Virus record (IMG/VR): IMGVR_UViG_3300005264_000064
Location: 38,938-102,937 of that record
Length of the DNA: 64,000 bases
From: a virus
Direction: 5' to 3' (one strand)
Shown in pieces: positions 26,862 to 36,658 of this stretch. A program made the translations under genes and the position numbers. The notes under the pieces are model-generated. The model worked only from the letters and a program-made list of their open reading frames with translations, was not told the origin of the DNA and did no database searches. Numbering within the stretch: the first letter of the stretch is position 1; each line of letters opens with the position of its first letter.

Positions 26862-27134
26862 TTACTCTCCTTTTTCTTCATCAAGCATTGCGCCTGATAC
26901 TGGTAAGTCGATACTGATTTCACCGCTGAATTTGTAAACTTCAATCTTTGCTTCTGGGCATCTTAGTACGATTGCCTTTGCTGCTTTGATTAAGTCTTTC
27001 TTTGTTGCTGGTCTGTTCTGTAGAACTGAACCGTTTACTACTAAGATGAATTTAGGTGTTGTTTTCTTCTTAGTTTTCTTTGGTGCAAGCATTTCTTGTA
27101 GTGCTGCAGCTACTTCGCTCTTGATGTTACTCAT
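26862..27134 (-). CDS. hypothetical protein
   Basis: ORF with AAGGAG SD. Confidence 0.6.
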   Translation of the reverse strand: MSNIKSEVAAALQEMLAPKKTKKKTTPKFILVVNGSVLQNRPATKKDLIKAAKAIVLRCPEAKIEVYKFSGEISIDLPVSGAMLDEEKGE

Positions 27135-27181
27135 GAGTACTCCTTATAAGGTTGGGCTTACGTATCGTGTACTGCCGTATG

Positions 27182-27670
27182 TTAATTATTTCTTTCTAAT
27201 TCGATCTCTGATAGTGGTGACCAAACACAGCTGTATCTACGAATTCCTGCAGATAATCTTGCAGCTGTTCTGTCTTTTTTATCAGATTCAAGCAATAGAC
27301 CTTGTACTCTGTCTCTAGCTTGGCTGATGTTACAGATGTTATACCTGTTGTTTGATTGACAAATTACTAAGCCGCGTAGTGCCAATAATTTATTGAAACG
27401 TGTGTATGCGGTTAGTAATGCAATCTGATGGTCTTTAACCATGCGAACTATGTTATTGACAGATAGGCCCTCTATGTTTAGAGGAGGAATCGACCACATG
27501 TTTCTAAGGGTAGATTGCGTCATGTAGCTACCGGCTCTGAATACTCTAGGGTGACGATTAATGATTTGATGCATTACTGGTGTTGATAATGAACGCATTG
27601 CCTTTGTTGGTTTCAGAATTCCTCCAATATAGTTGCGGGGTTCTTGCTTTGTTGTGCGTCTTGTTCTCAT
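27182..27670 (-). CDS. basic hypothetical protein
   Basis: Start at MRTRR with an AGGA SD. Confidence 0.55.
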   Translation of the reverse strand: MRTRRTTKQEPRNYIGGILKPTKAMRSLSTPVMHQIINRHPRVFRAGSYMTQSTLRNMWSIPPLNIEGLSVNNIVRMVKDHQIALLTAYTRFNKLLALRGLVICQSNNRYNICNISQARDRVQGLLLESDKKDRTAARLSAGIRRYSCVWSPLSEIELERNN

Positions 27671-27741
27671 GCTATTTCCTATGTAATATTGTAAGTACTT
27701 CAAAGATTGCTGTTATGGCAATCGCTTCAGTAGGTAGTGAT

Positions 27742-28044
27742 TTAACCATGTCTTGGTAACCATGTCTTGGTAACCATGTCTTGGTAAACTTGTCGACTAA
27801 GTGGGCTGTAGTATGCTTTAGCTAACAGAACATCTTCTATTATTTGCCTTGGTAGACGAGACGAGTTAATTCGTGAGGCTGCTATTTCTCTACCTGTCTT
27901 TTTGCAGTACTGGTCGCGTTTTGAGCATTCTGCAATGCCGACTTTGTAGTTGATACCGTCTTGCTCGATGGCGATAGTTCTACCGCCTGTGGCCTTTAGG
28001 TTTCCTTTGTCGTCATATAGACGTATGTGTTTATAGTGAATCAT
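27742..28044 (-). CDS. hypothetical protein
   Basis: Start MIHYKH with an AAGGAG SD; GGRT...AECSKRDQYCKKTGR. Confidence 0.55.
   Translation of the reverse strand: MIHYKHIRLYDDKGNLKATGGRTIAIEQDGINYKVGIAECSKRDQYCKKTGREIAASRINSSRLPRQIIEDVLLAKAYYSPLSRQVYQDMVTKTWLPRHG
27743..27787. repeat. tandem repeat (TAACCATGTCTTGG) x3
   Basis: Three exact 14-bp units plus TAA. Confidence 0.9.
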
Positions 28045-28409
28045 GTGTTGCTCCTTTGCATTAAGTTTGATAACTTTATCCATTTGAGGGTGCCGTCGTT
28101 ATTAGTACATTGAGCGTAGTGTCCGTCAGAGGATACTTGAAGTATGGTCCAGTTGCCGTAGAGTTCTGTGTTTAGTCCCTTGTAAGTGGTGCACTTACGT
28201 AGGTATGTGGTGTACTGTAGCTTCATTTCTTCCCAGTGTGAGAGAGCTTTACAAACTACGGCTATTTTGTCGTCGTGTAGATCTGCGTAGACTAGTGCGT
28301 CTCGGCGTAGTTTGAGCATGGGTATACATTTGTTTGATGCTGCGAGGATGGTACCCGCTAAATCAATTGTCATGTAACCGCCGTAGATATCGGATATTGT
28401 ATATGTCAT
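28041..28409 (-). CDS. hypothetical protein
   Basis: ORF with ATGA overlaps at both ends. Confidence 0.55.
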   Translation of the reverse strand: MTYTISDIYGGYMTIDLAGTILAASNKCIPMLKLRRDALVYADLHDDKIAVVCKALSHWEEMKLQYTTYLRKCTTYKGLNTELYGNWTILQVSSDGHYAQCTNNDGTLKWIKLSNLMQRSNT

Positions 28410-29182
28410 TTTGCTGCCTTGTATAGGGAGTCTGTGAATAAGTACTTATGGTCGGATGGTAAAGTTGAATATATAGTGTTTGCTAAGTCTCTAATTTCCC
28501 ACAGGGCTGCTGGTGCTGTGCGGAGAGATAAGAAATTTTGCAGCGAACGAGCATTGATAGTCCAAACTAGTGAAGTCTTGTAGGCTTCAGGCAGCATGTA
28601 CTTAGTTTTATCGTTTGCTTTTTTGAGGTGACGTTGGAGAATACCTAACGTAAGGATGTTATGAGCGTCAAGTCCGGTATTCCCAGTGAATACTAAAAAC
28701 TCGGCCCCAGTTTTCCAGTCACAATCCTTAGGCGCATCGTACCACATATCAGGAGCATGTTTTAACTCAGCTAAGGTGTAGCGACTTGACTTTACGCTTA
28801 GTGAGGCATGGCGGTGACGTGCTAGCTCTTGTAGGCATGCACGGCTAATGCCGTTGATGTCGAATGTGTAACTTAAATGCTCCAGAGTTGAGCTGTGTTT
28901 GTTCTTGTTACCGACGCGGTCGATGAGCTCACAGTCTTTTGGGCCGCATCCAGTGTATTTCGGGTACATATTAGCGTCGCATTTTGGACACGATGTCATG
29001 CCATCAGGAAATGCGGGTAGATGTAGGTCTGTTATGTCTAAATTGCACGAACTGCAGTATTCTTTCATACTGTCACTCTTATCCTCACTACTCCAGCATT
29101 TTCTTATAGCCTTAGCACATACCCATAATGGTGTGTGATGTAGTAATTGGACTTTGCAGCTAGAGGTCTCTTGTGTAGTCAT
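28406..29182 (-). CDS. thyX: FAD-dependent thymidylate synthase
   Basis: HSSTLEH, ISRACLQELARHRHASLSVKSSRY, NARSLQNFLSLR, WEIR. Confidence 0.95.
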   Translation of the reverse strand: MTTQETSSCKVQLLHHTPLWVCAKAIRKCWSSEDKSDSMKEYCSSCNLDITDLHLPAFPDGMTSCPKCDANMYPKYTGCGPKDCELIDRVGNKNKHSSTLEHLSYTFDINGISRACLQELARHRHASLSVKSSRYTLAELKHAPDMWYDAPKDCDWKTGAEFLVFTGNTGLDAHNILTLGILQRHLKKANDKTKYMLPEAYKTSLVWTINARSLQNFLSLRTAPAALWEIRDLANTIYSTLPSDHKYLFTDSLYKAAK

Positions 29183-29321
29183 TATATGACTCCTTTATTT
29201 TGATTTTTTCCTACTACATGTTCCCCGTAGGAGAATATTTCTGACAGTAGTTTGTTAGTCACATTAGGTAGTGTATGTGCTACTTATGAGGCGTATGGTG
29301 TTGAGTGTAGTAAAATTATAG

Positions 29322-29534
29322 TCATGATTTGTCCTTTATTAGTTTACAACGCTGTTTGTCGATGTAGAATACGTCCTCGCCGTAGAGGTTTGACTTGTGG
29401 GCGAAGGGTGATTTTGGTTCGATGGCACGTACTGTGAGGAAATCTCCGTTACAGTTAAGGACTACGCCACGGTGTCCTTTATGCTTGCTGCCAAAGACAG
29501 CTTCGACTATTGAGTTAATTGGTGCTGTTTTCAT
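29322..29534 (-). CDS. hypothetical protein
   Basis: ORF track. Confidence 0.45.
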   Translation of the reverse strand: MKTAPINSIVEAVFGSKHKGHRGVVLNCNGDFLTVRAIEPKSPFAHKSNLYGEDVFYIDKQRCKLIKDKS

Positions 29535-29742
29535 GAGTAGTCTCTTTTATTTTGTTTATAACATATTTAAACACATTACGTATACCGAGTGGGCCTAGTA
29601 GTATTCCCATTGTTAATATAGCGGTGCCTACGAATATACCTATAGCCATAGGCCCTATGACAGGAAACCAGGGGACTACTCCTAAATGGTTATCAGTGTC
29701 TAGCCAATCTTCTTTGAAGTACAGTATTGCTGTTAGTGAGGT

Positions 29743-30417
29743 TTAATCGTAAATTTTTGCAAATAATATTCTGCCTACGACAGCACGTATTTTGTCTGTG
29801 TATACTCTTTGCTTCTTAGCGCCGAAGTATCTACGTAGTGCGGAAGTAGTGGAGTCACTGGTTCCCTTAAGCATGGGACTTTTCTTGTATTCATTGAGTA
29901 CAAAGCCTATAGCCATAATGTTCTTGGTGGGGTTATACAGGTCGCTTTTGGTTTCAATGATACCTGCTTTTCTGAGCTTACTCATCCAATATGTAGGGAG
30001 AATACCACCAATACCAATAGCATTGTCCTTTTTTCCGTTAATGACAACTTGTGTATGAGTAACCCAAGGTCTAAAGTTAGTTTCTACGTCGCAAACGCCA
30101 TAAAGGATGACAGGATTTACGTTGAACCTGTCAGCAGACTTGGCTATAGCGAGTAAAAAGATCTCTCTATCTGCTTTAGAGATATATTTATAGATATGCT
30201 TTAAGTCGTTGTCTAAGTCAGCCATGGTGATTGAAGCAATGACACCTTTGGGTTCTTTGTAGATAATCTTGTCTTTGTAGATGGTAGTTGTTTTATTTTG
30301 GTCTTGTTTTAGTTTTGCTATTTCAAGATTCTTGCTGTCAAATAAATTTCCTATGTATAAAGATATAAATATTATAACAAGTACAGCGCTGATTGCAATG
30401 GTATTTTTCTTAATCAT
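29743..30417 (-). CDS. membrane-anchored lytic transglycosylase (SLT)
   Basis: N-terminal TM; catalytic VETNF, AIGIGGI, LYNPTKNI, ALRRY. Confidence 0.75.
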   Translation of the reverse strand: MIKKNTIAISAVLVIIFISLYIGNLFDSKNLEIAKLKQDQNKTTTIYKDKIIYKEPKGVIASITMADLDNDLKHIYKYISKADREIFLLAIAKSADRFNVNPVILYGVCDVETNFRPWVTHTQVVINGKKDNAIGIGGILPTYWMSKLRKAGIIETKSDLYNPTKNIMAIGFVLNEYKKSPMLKGTSDSTTSALRRYFGAKKQRVYTDKIRAVVGRILFAKIYD

Positions 30418-30685
30418 CGTATGCCTTTTTAATTAATGTATTAAACTTGTCTTTGCTTATATAATCAGCAATAGTGACTGTAAACACTACGTCTAATTCA
30501 GATATTGGTTCTATAAGAGTTATCTCGATAGATTCATTAAAGTCCTCTACAGAACCATCAGCTATAGCTTCTTCTAGTTGAGCTATTATGTCATCAGTAT
30601 CAGAATTGTCTATCTCGTGAACCCATGTCGTCTGTCCACAATTGCCATCTATATCGGTTTCGTAGTTTTCTGTATAACTAATCAT
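30410..30685 (-). CDS. acidic hypothetical protein
   Basis: ORF with AAGGA SD. Confidence 0.5.
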   Translation of the reverse strand: MISYTENYETDIDGNCGQTTWVHEIDNSDTDDIIAQLEEAIADGSVEDFNESIEITLIEPISELDVVFTVTIADYISKDKFNTLIKKAYDD

Positions 30686-30706
30686 TTGTTATCCTTACTA
30701 GGTTAT

Positions 30707-31018
30707 TTACCTATAGCCATTCTGCATAGACCAGTCCATGTATGCTCCGTATTGCTCTTTGTCCATATATGCAACCATTTTATCCTCGTTGCCTGTACTA
30801 GTCCTAGTACTCATCAGCTGTATAGCAGTCTCTATCTCAGTCATAGCGTAAAAACAACCATTAACCTTGTATTCTAGCGTAGATGAGTCTATTTCAAAAT
30901 GACTCCATACATTATAGTCTTCGAAGTACTCTCTAAATTCTATAAAGTGACTATCTTCGTCTTTTCTATAGTAACCCTCTACAGTTTTACCATCTAGTGT
31001 TTTAGCTCTACTTAACAT
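30707..31018 (-). CDS. hypothetical protein
   Basis: ORF with AGGAGG SD. Confidence 0.5.
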   Translation of the reverse strand: MLSRAKTLDGKTVEGYYRKDEDSHFIEFREYFEDYNVWSHFEIDSSTLEYKVNGCFYAMTEIETAIQLMSTRTSTGNEDKMVAYMDKEQYGAYMDWSMQNGYR

Positions 31019-31278
31019 TATTCCTCCTTTTGAACCAAAATGACATATAGAGTTCCATAATCATTCATATAGGTTGATTGTATTTTGTAATTTGTGTGGT
31101 AGTTGTCATCCCAATGAAACTCACCTTGTTCATTTATTAAACAAGGGAAACCTCTACCTTCTTCTTCTATGTAGCACATAACATGTACCTCTTTTGAAGG
31201 AGCTTTGCTTATGAGTACTAAAAGAAAAATTAAAACAACTAATAGTACTGTAGTTATTTCATTAAATATACGTTTCAT
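31018..31278 (-). CDS. hypothetical protein with N-terminal TM
   Basis: ORF overlapping both neighbours. Confidence 0.5.
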   Translation of the reverse strand: MKRIFNEITTVLLVVLIFLLVLISKAPSKEVHVMCYIEEEGRGFPCLINEQGEFHWDDNYHTNYKIQSTYMNDYGTLYVILVQKEE

Positions 31279-31676
31279 TTTAATTTCTGCTGATCTGTAT
31301 ATACATCATTATCTGTTAGTGTTTCAACCCATTCATGAGCTTCATCCCAAGTCATTTTTTTAGTTGATGATTTAGACCACTCAAGACCATTACTTGACGG
31401 GCGGACACAGCGAACAAAATAGGTATTCGCCTTATCGCTCCAATAGTCTTTGCCGTTGTTGAAGTTGATTCCCCATGCAGCGAAAATAACACCCGCAACC
31501 GTAGTAGACGACCAATAATAGGAATTCTCTGTGTCTATTAAGTCACAAGCAAGATCAGTTTTCTCGTAATTTACGAGTGTAAGCAACTCTCGCATAGTTG
31601 GTAATCTCCAGCCGTAATCACTAGATTCGATTAGGGTTAGTTTGTATTTCTTGTTGTCTATAGTTATAGTTTTCAT
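31275..31676 (-). CDS. DUF1566 (Lcl C-terminal) domain protein
   Basis: WRLPTMRELLTL, YYWSST, FVRCVR. Confidence 0.8.
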   Translation of the reverse strand: MKTITIDNKKYKLTLIESSDYGWRLPTMRELLTLVNYEKTDLACDLIDTENSYYWSSTTVAGVIFAAWGINFNNGKDYWSDKANTYFVRCVRPSSNGLEWSKSSTKKMTWDEAHEWVETLTDNDVYTDQQKLK

Positions 31677-31682
31677 TTTGGT

Positions 31683-31931
31683 TCACCTTGTTTTGCTAAA
31701 AGATTTCGCAGATGATCTAGCATCTTTTCTGGTCCATTTGGTACCTGATCCATGTGGGAAAGCAAATTGTCTAGTTTTTTGCTTATTGCAATGCTTACAC
31801 TTAAAGAGATATGTACCTATTATACTAGGGAATTGTTTATCTATACCATCTTCAAATGCAACATATTGAGTATTTTTCCAAGAGTGTAATCCACATAGAC
31901 ATTTTAATTTGTTGAGCGTACAGATAATCAC
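31683..31931 (-). CDS. hypothetical protein
   Basis: CLCGLHSW...CKHC. Confidence 0.45.
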   Translation of the reverse strand: MIICTLNKLKCLCGLHSWKNTQYVAFEDGIDKQFPSIIGTYLFKCKHCNKQKTRQFAFPHGSGTKWTRKDARSSAKSFSKTR

Positions 31932-31934
31932 TAT

Positions 31935-32978
31935 CTATCCTTCTAATTTTGACTTTATAAGTTTAGATATTTCTACCAAATCATTATTTTTTTGTTTTGG
32001 CAAATTGAGTTTGGCTCCACTAGCGTTAGGGTGTCCACCTCCGCCGAATAACTTAGCAAATTCAACTGCTTTGCTGTTGATGCTTCTAAACATCATAGCT
32101 CCATAGTTTCTATCAATTTTACATAATACAACATTTGCATAGCTAGGGTCATTCTCAAAAAGAAAGTCGAACCCATACTGTGCAGTTCCACTATTAATAT
32201 CAGAATAAATATGAAGTGTGGTTCCAAATAATTCAAATGAGTCAAATGGAGTAAGTGATTCAGCTGGAAATGTTGAAAGCTTGACAGTAGTACAAATATT
32301 AGTATTGCTCATAACTTTTTCCATTGGTAGTGTCTTTGCCATTAAAGTCAGAGTTGAAGAAATGACTTCGATTAAAGTTTTCTCTAAATCTGAAGTTGTT
32401 AAGTCTTCATCAACATAATAGTGAGACATCTTTTCTAAAACGATAGATATATATTCTTGGCTAAATGGAGAGTCAATTTGTTTGTTCTTGACAAAATCAG
32501 CTAACAGTGCAGTTTTGTTGAAATCAAGTCTGTTCTCTTTACGCCACATATCATATGTATCAACGTATTTAATAAATTCATGTAACCACGCCTTGTCTTT
32601 GTCTGTAGAACCAAGTTCATCTACAAAAAAGTAATTAAATGTAGCTAGCGTAGCCGATATAGAAGTATCTAAATGATACCAATCATATATGTCAGCCTGT
32701 TCTTGACCAGTACCGTGATGGTCTAATAAAACCACAACAACACCTGTTTTCTTTATAAATGAATTGTCAACAAATGCTGCTTGTTTAGCAGTAAGGTTTA
32801 AATCAGTTATATATAGAACATCGTTTTTAGTTAGGTTCTTTAGAAGACTATGAAGTACATCTGTTATATCGCTATAGTCTGCGTTTAAATAGTTTATGTT
32901 ATCATTTGGAAATGCTAATTTAGTAATTAGTTGGCAACTGTAACCGTCGAGGTCTGTGTGTGAAAGGTGGTGTATCAT
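31935..32978 (-). CDS. DHH family phosphoesterase (NrnB/oligoribonuclease-like)
   Basis: SHTDLDGYSC, ITDL, LDHH, GGGGHPNASG. Confidence 0.88.
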   Translation of the reverse strand: MIHHLSHTDLDGYSCQLITKLAFPNDNINYLNADYSDITDVLHSLLKNLTKNDVLYITDLNLTAKQAAFVDNSFIKKTGVVVVLLDHHGTGQEQADIYDWYHLDTSISATLATFNYFFVDELGSTDKDKAWLHEFIKYVDTYDMWRKENRLDFNKTALLADFVKNKQIDSPFSQEYISIVLEKMSHYYVDEDLTTSDLEKTLIEVISSTLTLMAKTLPMEKVMSNTNICTTVKLSTFPAESLTPFDSFELFGTTLHIYSDINSGTAQYGFDFLFENDPSYANVVLCKIDRNYGAMMFRSINSKAVEFAKLFGGGGHPNASGAKLNLPKQKNNDLVEISKLIKSKLEG

Positions 32979-33214
32979 TATTGGTTCCTTATATTAGTGT
33001 ATTTTTAAGTACTATATCTATTATGTCTGATAGTAAAAGTCCAGCTGCAAAACTAGAAAATAGTGCTGTTTTATAATTTTGTACAATGTAGTTTACAAAC
33101 ATTAGTGTAAAGTTAAGTACAAAGAAAATTATGATTAAAGTTAGCATTGTTTATCCTTGAGATTTTGAGGAAGTTCGTATAAAATATTCACATGTATTCA
33201 TTGTGTTTCCTTAC

Positions 33215-33586
33215 TTAGTTCCAGAGTTCTGGTAAAATTAGACCAAAATTTGCTAGGGCATATTTAACTTCTGTCTCTTCTTCGTTATTAAACAGTCTTG
33301 CACCAGAGTTTCTTGTGAATATTTTAAGTCCATTGAGAACTCTTTCCCATTTTTCTTCTATCTTGAAGGTTCTGTTTTTCTTCTCTATTTTGATGAAGTG
33401 TTCTAATCTAGGTATAGCGAAATTAATTATAGTGTCTCCTAGTGACCACAATTCAGATTCGTCAAAACCTCTAGATTTTCTCTGTTTTTTCCATTCTTTA
33501 CTACGAATGTCTTTTCCATCTAGTTTATCTAGGCCGTAATACCCAGTTTTACATATTTTCATCATTGGTTCCTTATGGTTTATCAA
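33215..33586 (-). CDS. hypothetical protein
   Basis: ORF; RGFDESELWSL. Confidence 0.55.
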   Translation of the reverse strand: MINHKEPMMKICKTGYYGLDKLDGKDIRSKEWKKQRKSRGFDESELWSLGDTIINFAIPRLEHFIKIEKKNRTFKIEEKWERVLNGLKIFTRNSGARLFNNEEETEVKYALANFGLILPELWN

Positions 33587-33593
33587 TTCACTA

Positions 33594-34510
33594 GAGCAGA
33601 TACTTTGCCGTGGTCATTAACCACAGTGTTATGTGTATCTGCTCCATCAATTGACTGCTTGGCATACTAACGGTGCCATCGCCTGCACATACTGAGTTTA
33701 GAGACATCGCTAAGTGCGTTGGTCTTGTGAACTACTGCGGAATCGAACCACAACCTTCGCCGCGTTACGTTGCTCTCCATGAGCTAATAGTTCATATAAA
33801 AATCTCCCAGCTAATCAGGCTGGGCTAGTTCGCTGGATGTACAGACACCAGTCTCGACTATCGGTTTCAACAGTGTAGCTTCACCTTTATAGCTACCAAG
33901 GTAACAGCTGCATGACCCGGGGCTGTTGATAGGGAGCATTTCCGTAATGCTAGAGGCACATCAATTAGATGCGAGTTTGGAGACTGATTAAGACTCCTAT
34001 GAGCACACTTACTTTTGTATCATACTTATCTCGACTTGAGCGAGTTTCGGTGTGCTCATAGGAGTGTTATGTTGGTTCCCATTCAATAGATGAGGTGCGG
34101 GTAAAAGCGTCCAGGTAGTTAGACTGGACTGGCTCGCAGGTTCTTTAGTGGACCTGTCGGCAGCGTTGGCGTTTCAAACTGCTGGTACTGTCCTCGACCA
34201 GTGGAGGTACAGAACGTTGAAGACTGCCTGTAGAAACTACTTACTCAAGGCGTAAGTGGGCACATGGAGGGACTACCTCCGAGGAACCTGCTGTGTGGCG
34301 TACAGGTTCCTCGGAAGGAGTGGTGCCCGATTTGATGTCGTAGCCTAGGCGGTACTACGTCTGTTGATAACCGTGATGTGAATTCACGGCATACACTTCC
34401 TCGACCAGTTGGAATCGAACCAACCTTGGCTGCCTGGAGGTCACCAGTCCTCTCGTGGCCTACTTGAAATGTACTTTTACCGGATGGAAGGAACCCCTTT
34501 AGAGGGCACC
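33594..34510 (-). ncRNA. ORF-free, hairpin-dense putative ncRNA region
   Basis: Perfect IRs 33594-33603/33635-33644, 33993-34008/34050-34065 and 34278-34290/34303-34315, plus two tRNA-like T-arms. Confidence 0.55.
33728..33794 (-). ncRNA. tRNA-like element lacking a normal anticodon arm
   Basis: Acceptor GAACTAT/GTAGTTC, D-arm TAGCTC-ATGGA-GAGC, T-arm TGTGG-TTCGATT-CCGCA; anticodon arm degenerate. Confidence 0.6.
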
Positions 34511-34722
34511 TACATTGATATGTCTATATCAGGTATAATTGTTAGTGGTTTAAACATAATTTTGTAAAACGATGTACTGACGTTTTTTAGCTGAGATTTG
34601 TTCAGCGAAGTATGTTACGTTGTCAGAAAGACCTAAGAAATGTTTCTTATATTCATTGCCGGCTTTGCAGGTAACTTCAAGTTGATTTTTTTTTTTTAGT
34701 AGGTATTTTTTACTATGACTCC

Positions 34723-36363
34723 TTATAGTTGGTTGCGAAGTCTGGCTCTGATGTCTTCTAGTGACGTTTCATAGAAAGTTAAACCTCCGTTATAGAACAT
34801 TGTCTGGAGTGCATTAACTGCTGATTGCTCCAGTTCTGGTGAGACTTGGTCTTCGAGAGTTAATTGTCCTGCGTCGTCGTGTACACACAATAGACCTTTC
34901 GCTGACTTCTTAGTACCCGAATCGGTGATGGGGTCTTTAAAGATTTCGCGTGGTTCGCCGTCTACTATTCCGTACGTTGCTTTCATTGCGAAACCGAACG
35001 TGTCTCTAGTGTTGTACTGGTAGCTGTATGAGCCTATACCGAATACGACGTTGTCTGAAGCGAAGCCTTGTTGTTCTAGGCGTGATAGGATCTCCTCTTG
35101 GCGGGCTAACGTTATTGAATCGCCATAGATTAACCCGATGCGTGGGTTTAGGGTTTTATAGCCTTTGTCGTTGACTGTACCGCCGAAGGTATTCCATAGT
35201 AGTTGAATTGCTCCTAAGTCTTTAGGAGTAGGTGTATGCTTACGTGCTCTGTTATTCACATCGCTTAGGTAGTATTGGCCAGTTTTACTGTTGAGGTAAG
35301 GAACTTCTATCATGTGTTCCCCGGTGTGTCTATACCCAGTGTACAATGCTTGGTTTTCAGTTAATAAATCCGCTACTATTGCTGTCCCGCAGATGATGTC
35401 GACGGGGTCTCCGCTGTCTGGTCTGATTACGACTTTGGCGTTGCCTAGTGCGTCTGGCTTACGGTCTAAGATGTCTTGTTTGAGTGCTGGCAGGTAGTCA
35501 GTTAGGACTTTCCAGAAGTCCCAAGTGTCTGATACTATCGAGATAATGCCTGATGGGTACAACTCTGTTATGAGACGTTTGAATGTGGCGATTTCAGCGT
35601 CTTTTGTTGAAAGAGCCATTACACTGTGCTCCGTTGCTGGTACACTACAGCCAACTAGCTCTTTTGAAGAATCTGCGTTGTAGAAGTCTTCCGCTCCGTC
35701 AATGGCCCTGATTGTATCAGTACCTACGAACGAAGTTAGGTGACCGATCGACGCTTTGTAACCGTCTTCTCTGTTAGAGAGACCGCGTGCTGAGAAGTCA
35801 TGTCCCTGGAATGGGATAAACTCTTTTGACGCTCCTGTCAGGTCTGCGTATTTATGAAACGTACGTAAGTACTCAAAAGCAATAGTTGCTGTTGTCATCG
35901 GCTTCCAGAGTTCTGTGGATAGAACTGTTTCCAGGTAGTTTGTTAACCAGAAGAAGTCTGGGTGCGTATTTGTTATAGTAAGGACAGGTACCTTGATTGG
36001 GCAACGTGTGCCTTCGGGTAGTGCCTTAATGTGGATAGGCAGGTAGCCTAATTCATGTAAGGCCTTAATGTGGTCTGTTGATACAGCACCCTCGCCGAGA
36101 GAGGTATCCATACGGCGTTTGTACTTCATTAGAACCTTCGTCAGTTTCTTGTTGAAGAAATTCTTTTGAAATTCGTCAATTAGGAAGTCTTTGATGAATA
36201 GCTGAATGCCGAATACAACTACCTTGTCGTCGTAATACTTGCTGCCGTTGAACAGACGAGCTGAACGTGGTGTAAAGTTACTATAGATTTGAGTAGTGCC
36301 TTCTGGGTACATCTTGTGATGAGACGTCTTGTAGAAGTCGGTGCAGTTGATAGGGTTTTTCAC
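34723..36363 (-). CDS. nadV: nicotinamide phosphoribosyltransferase-family protein
   Basis: TDFYKTSH, HDFSARG, SVPATEHSV, SIVSDTWD, IRPDSGDP, IYGDSI, KKSAKG. Confidence 0.92.
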   Translation of the reverse strand: MKNPINCTDFYKTSHHKMYPEGTTQIYSNFTPRSARLFNGSKYYDDKVVVFGIQLFIKDFLIDEFQKNFFNKKLTKVLMKYKRRMDTSLGEGAVSTDHIKALHELGYLPIHIKALPEGTRCPIKVPVLTITNTHPDFFWLTNYLETVLSTELWKPMTTATIAFEYLRTFHKYADLTGASKEFIPFQGHDFSARGLSNREDGYKASIGHLTSFVGTDTIRAIDGAEDFYNADSSKELVGCSVPATEHSVMALSTKDAEIATFKRLITELYPSGIISIVSDTWDFWKVLTDYLPALKQDILDRKPDALGNAKVVIRPDSGDPVDIICGTAIVADLLTENQALYTGYRHTGEHMIEVPYLNSKTGQYYLSDVNNRARKHTPTPKDLGAIQLLWNTFGGTVNDKGYKTLNPRIGLIYGDSITLARQEEILSRLEQQGFASDNVVFGIGSYSYQYNTRDTFGFAMKATYGIVDGEPREIFKDPITDSGTKKSAKGLLCVHDDAGQLTLEDQVSPELEQSAVNALQTMFYNGGLTFYETSLEDIRARLRNQL

Positions 36364-36373
36364 TTAGTGTCCT

Positions 36374-36658
36374 TTAGTTTGCTGAACTGGAACAATTTGG
36401 TAATATGTTGTAAGAGTAGTCTGTAGACGGGTTGACCAGTTTTTTATTTATAAGTATGTAACCCCTCGCTTTAGAAACAATTATTTTGTGTGAATCGAAA
36501 ACACTGTTTTTACAGTAGACATTTTTACCGCTGTTAAAACGTGATGTGATATCGTGCTCTGCGGTATCCAATACCTTGACTACATTGTTTACTGCAAAAT
36601 GGGTAAGTGAACCCAGTAATCCTAGTATCGTTATAGTAACTGCTATAAATAATTTCAT
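36374..36658 (-). CDS. hypothetical protein with N-terminal TM
   Basis: ORF with AAGGA SD. Confidence 0.5.
   Translation of the reverse strand: MKLFIAVTITILGLLGSLTHFAVNNVVKVLDTAEHDITSRFNSGKNVYCKNSVFDSHKIIVSKARGYILINKKLVNPSTDYSYNILPNCSSSAN

Noticed and set aside
33993-34065. Hammerhead ribozyme (CGAAAC inside a long stem)
   Set aside because: No CUGANGA core or correctly placed UH site.
33594-34510. tmRNA or RNase P RNA
   Set aside because: No alanyl-type acceptor ends with a tag ORF, and no GAGGAAAGUCC-type signature seen.
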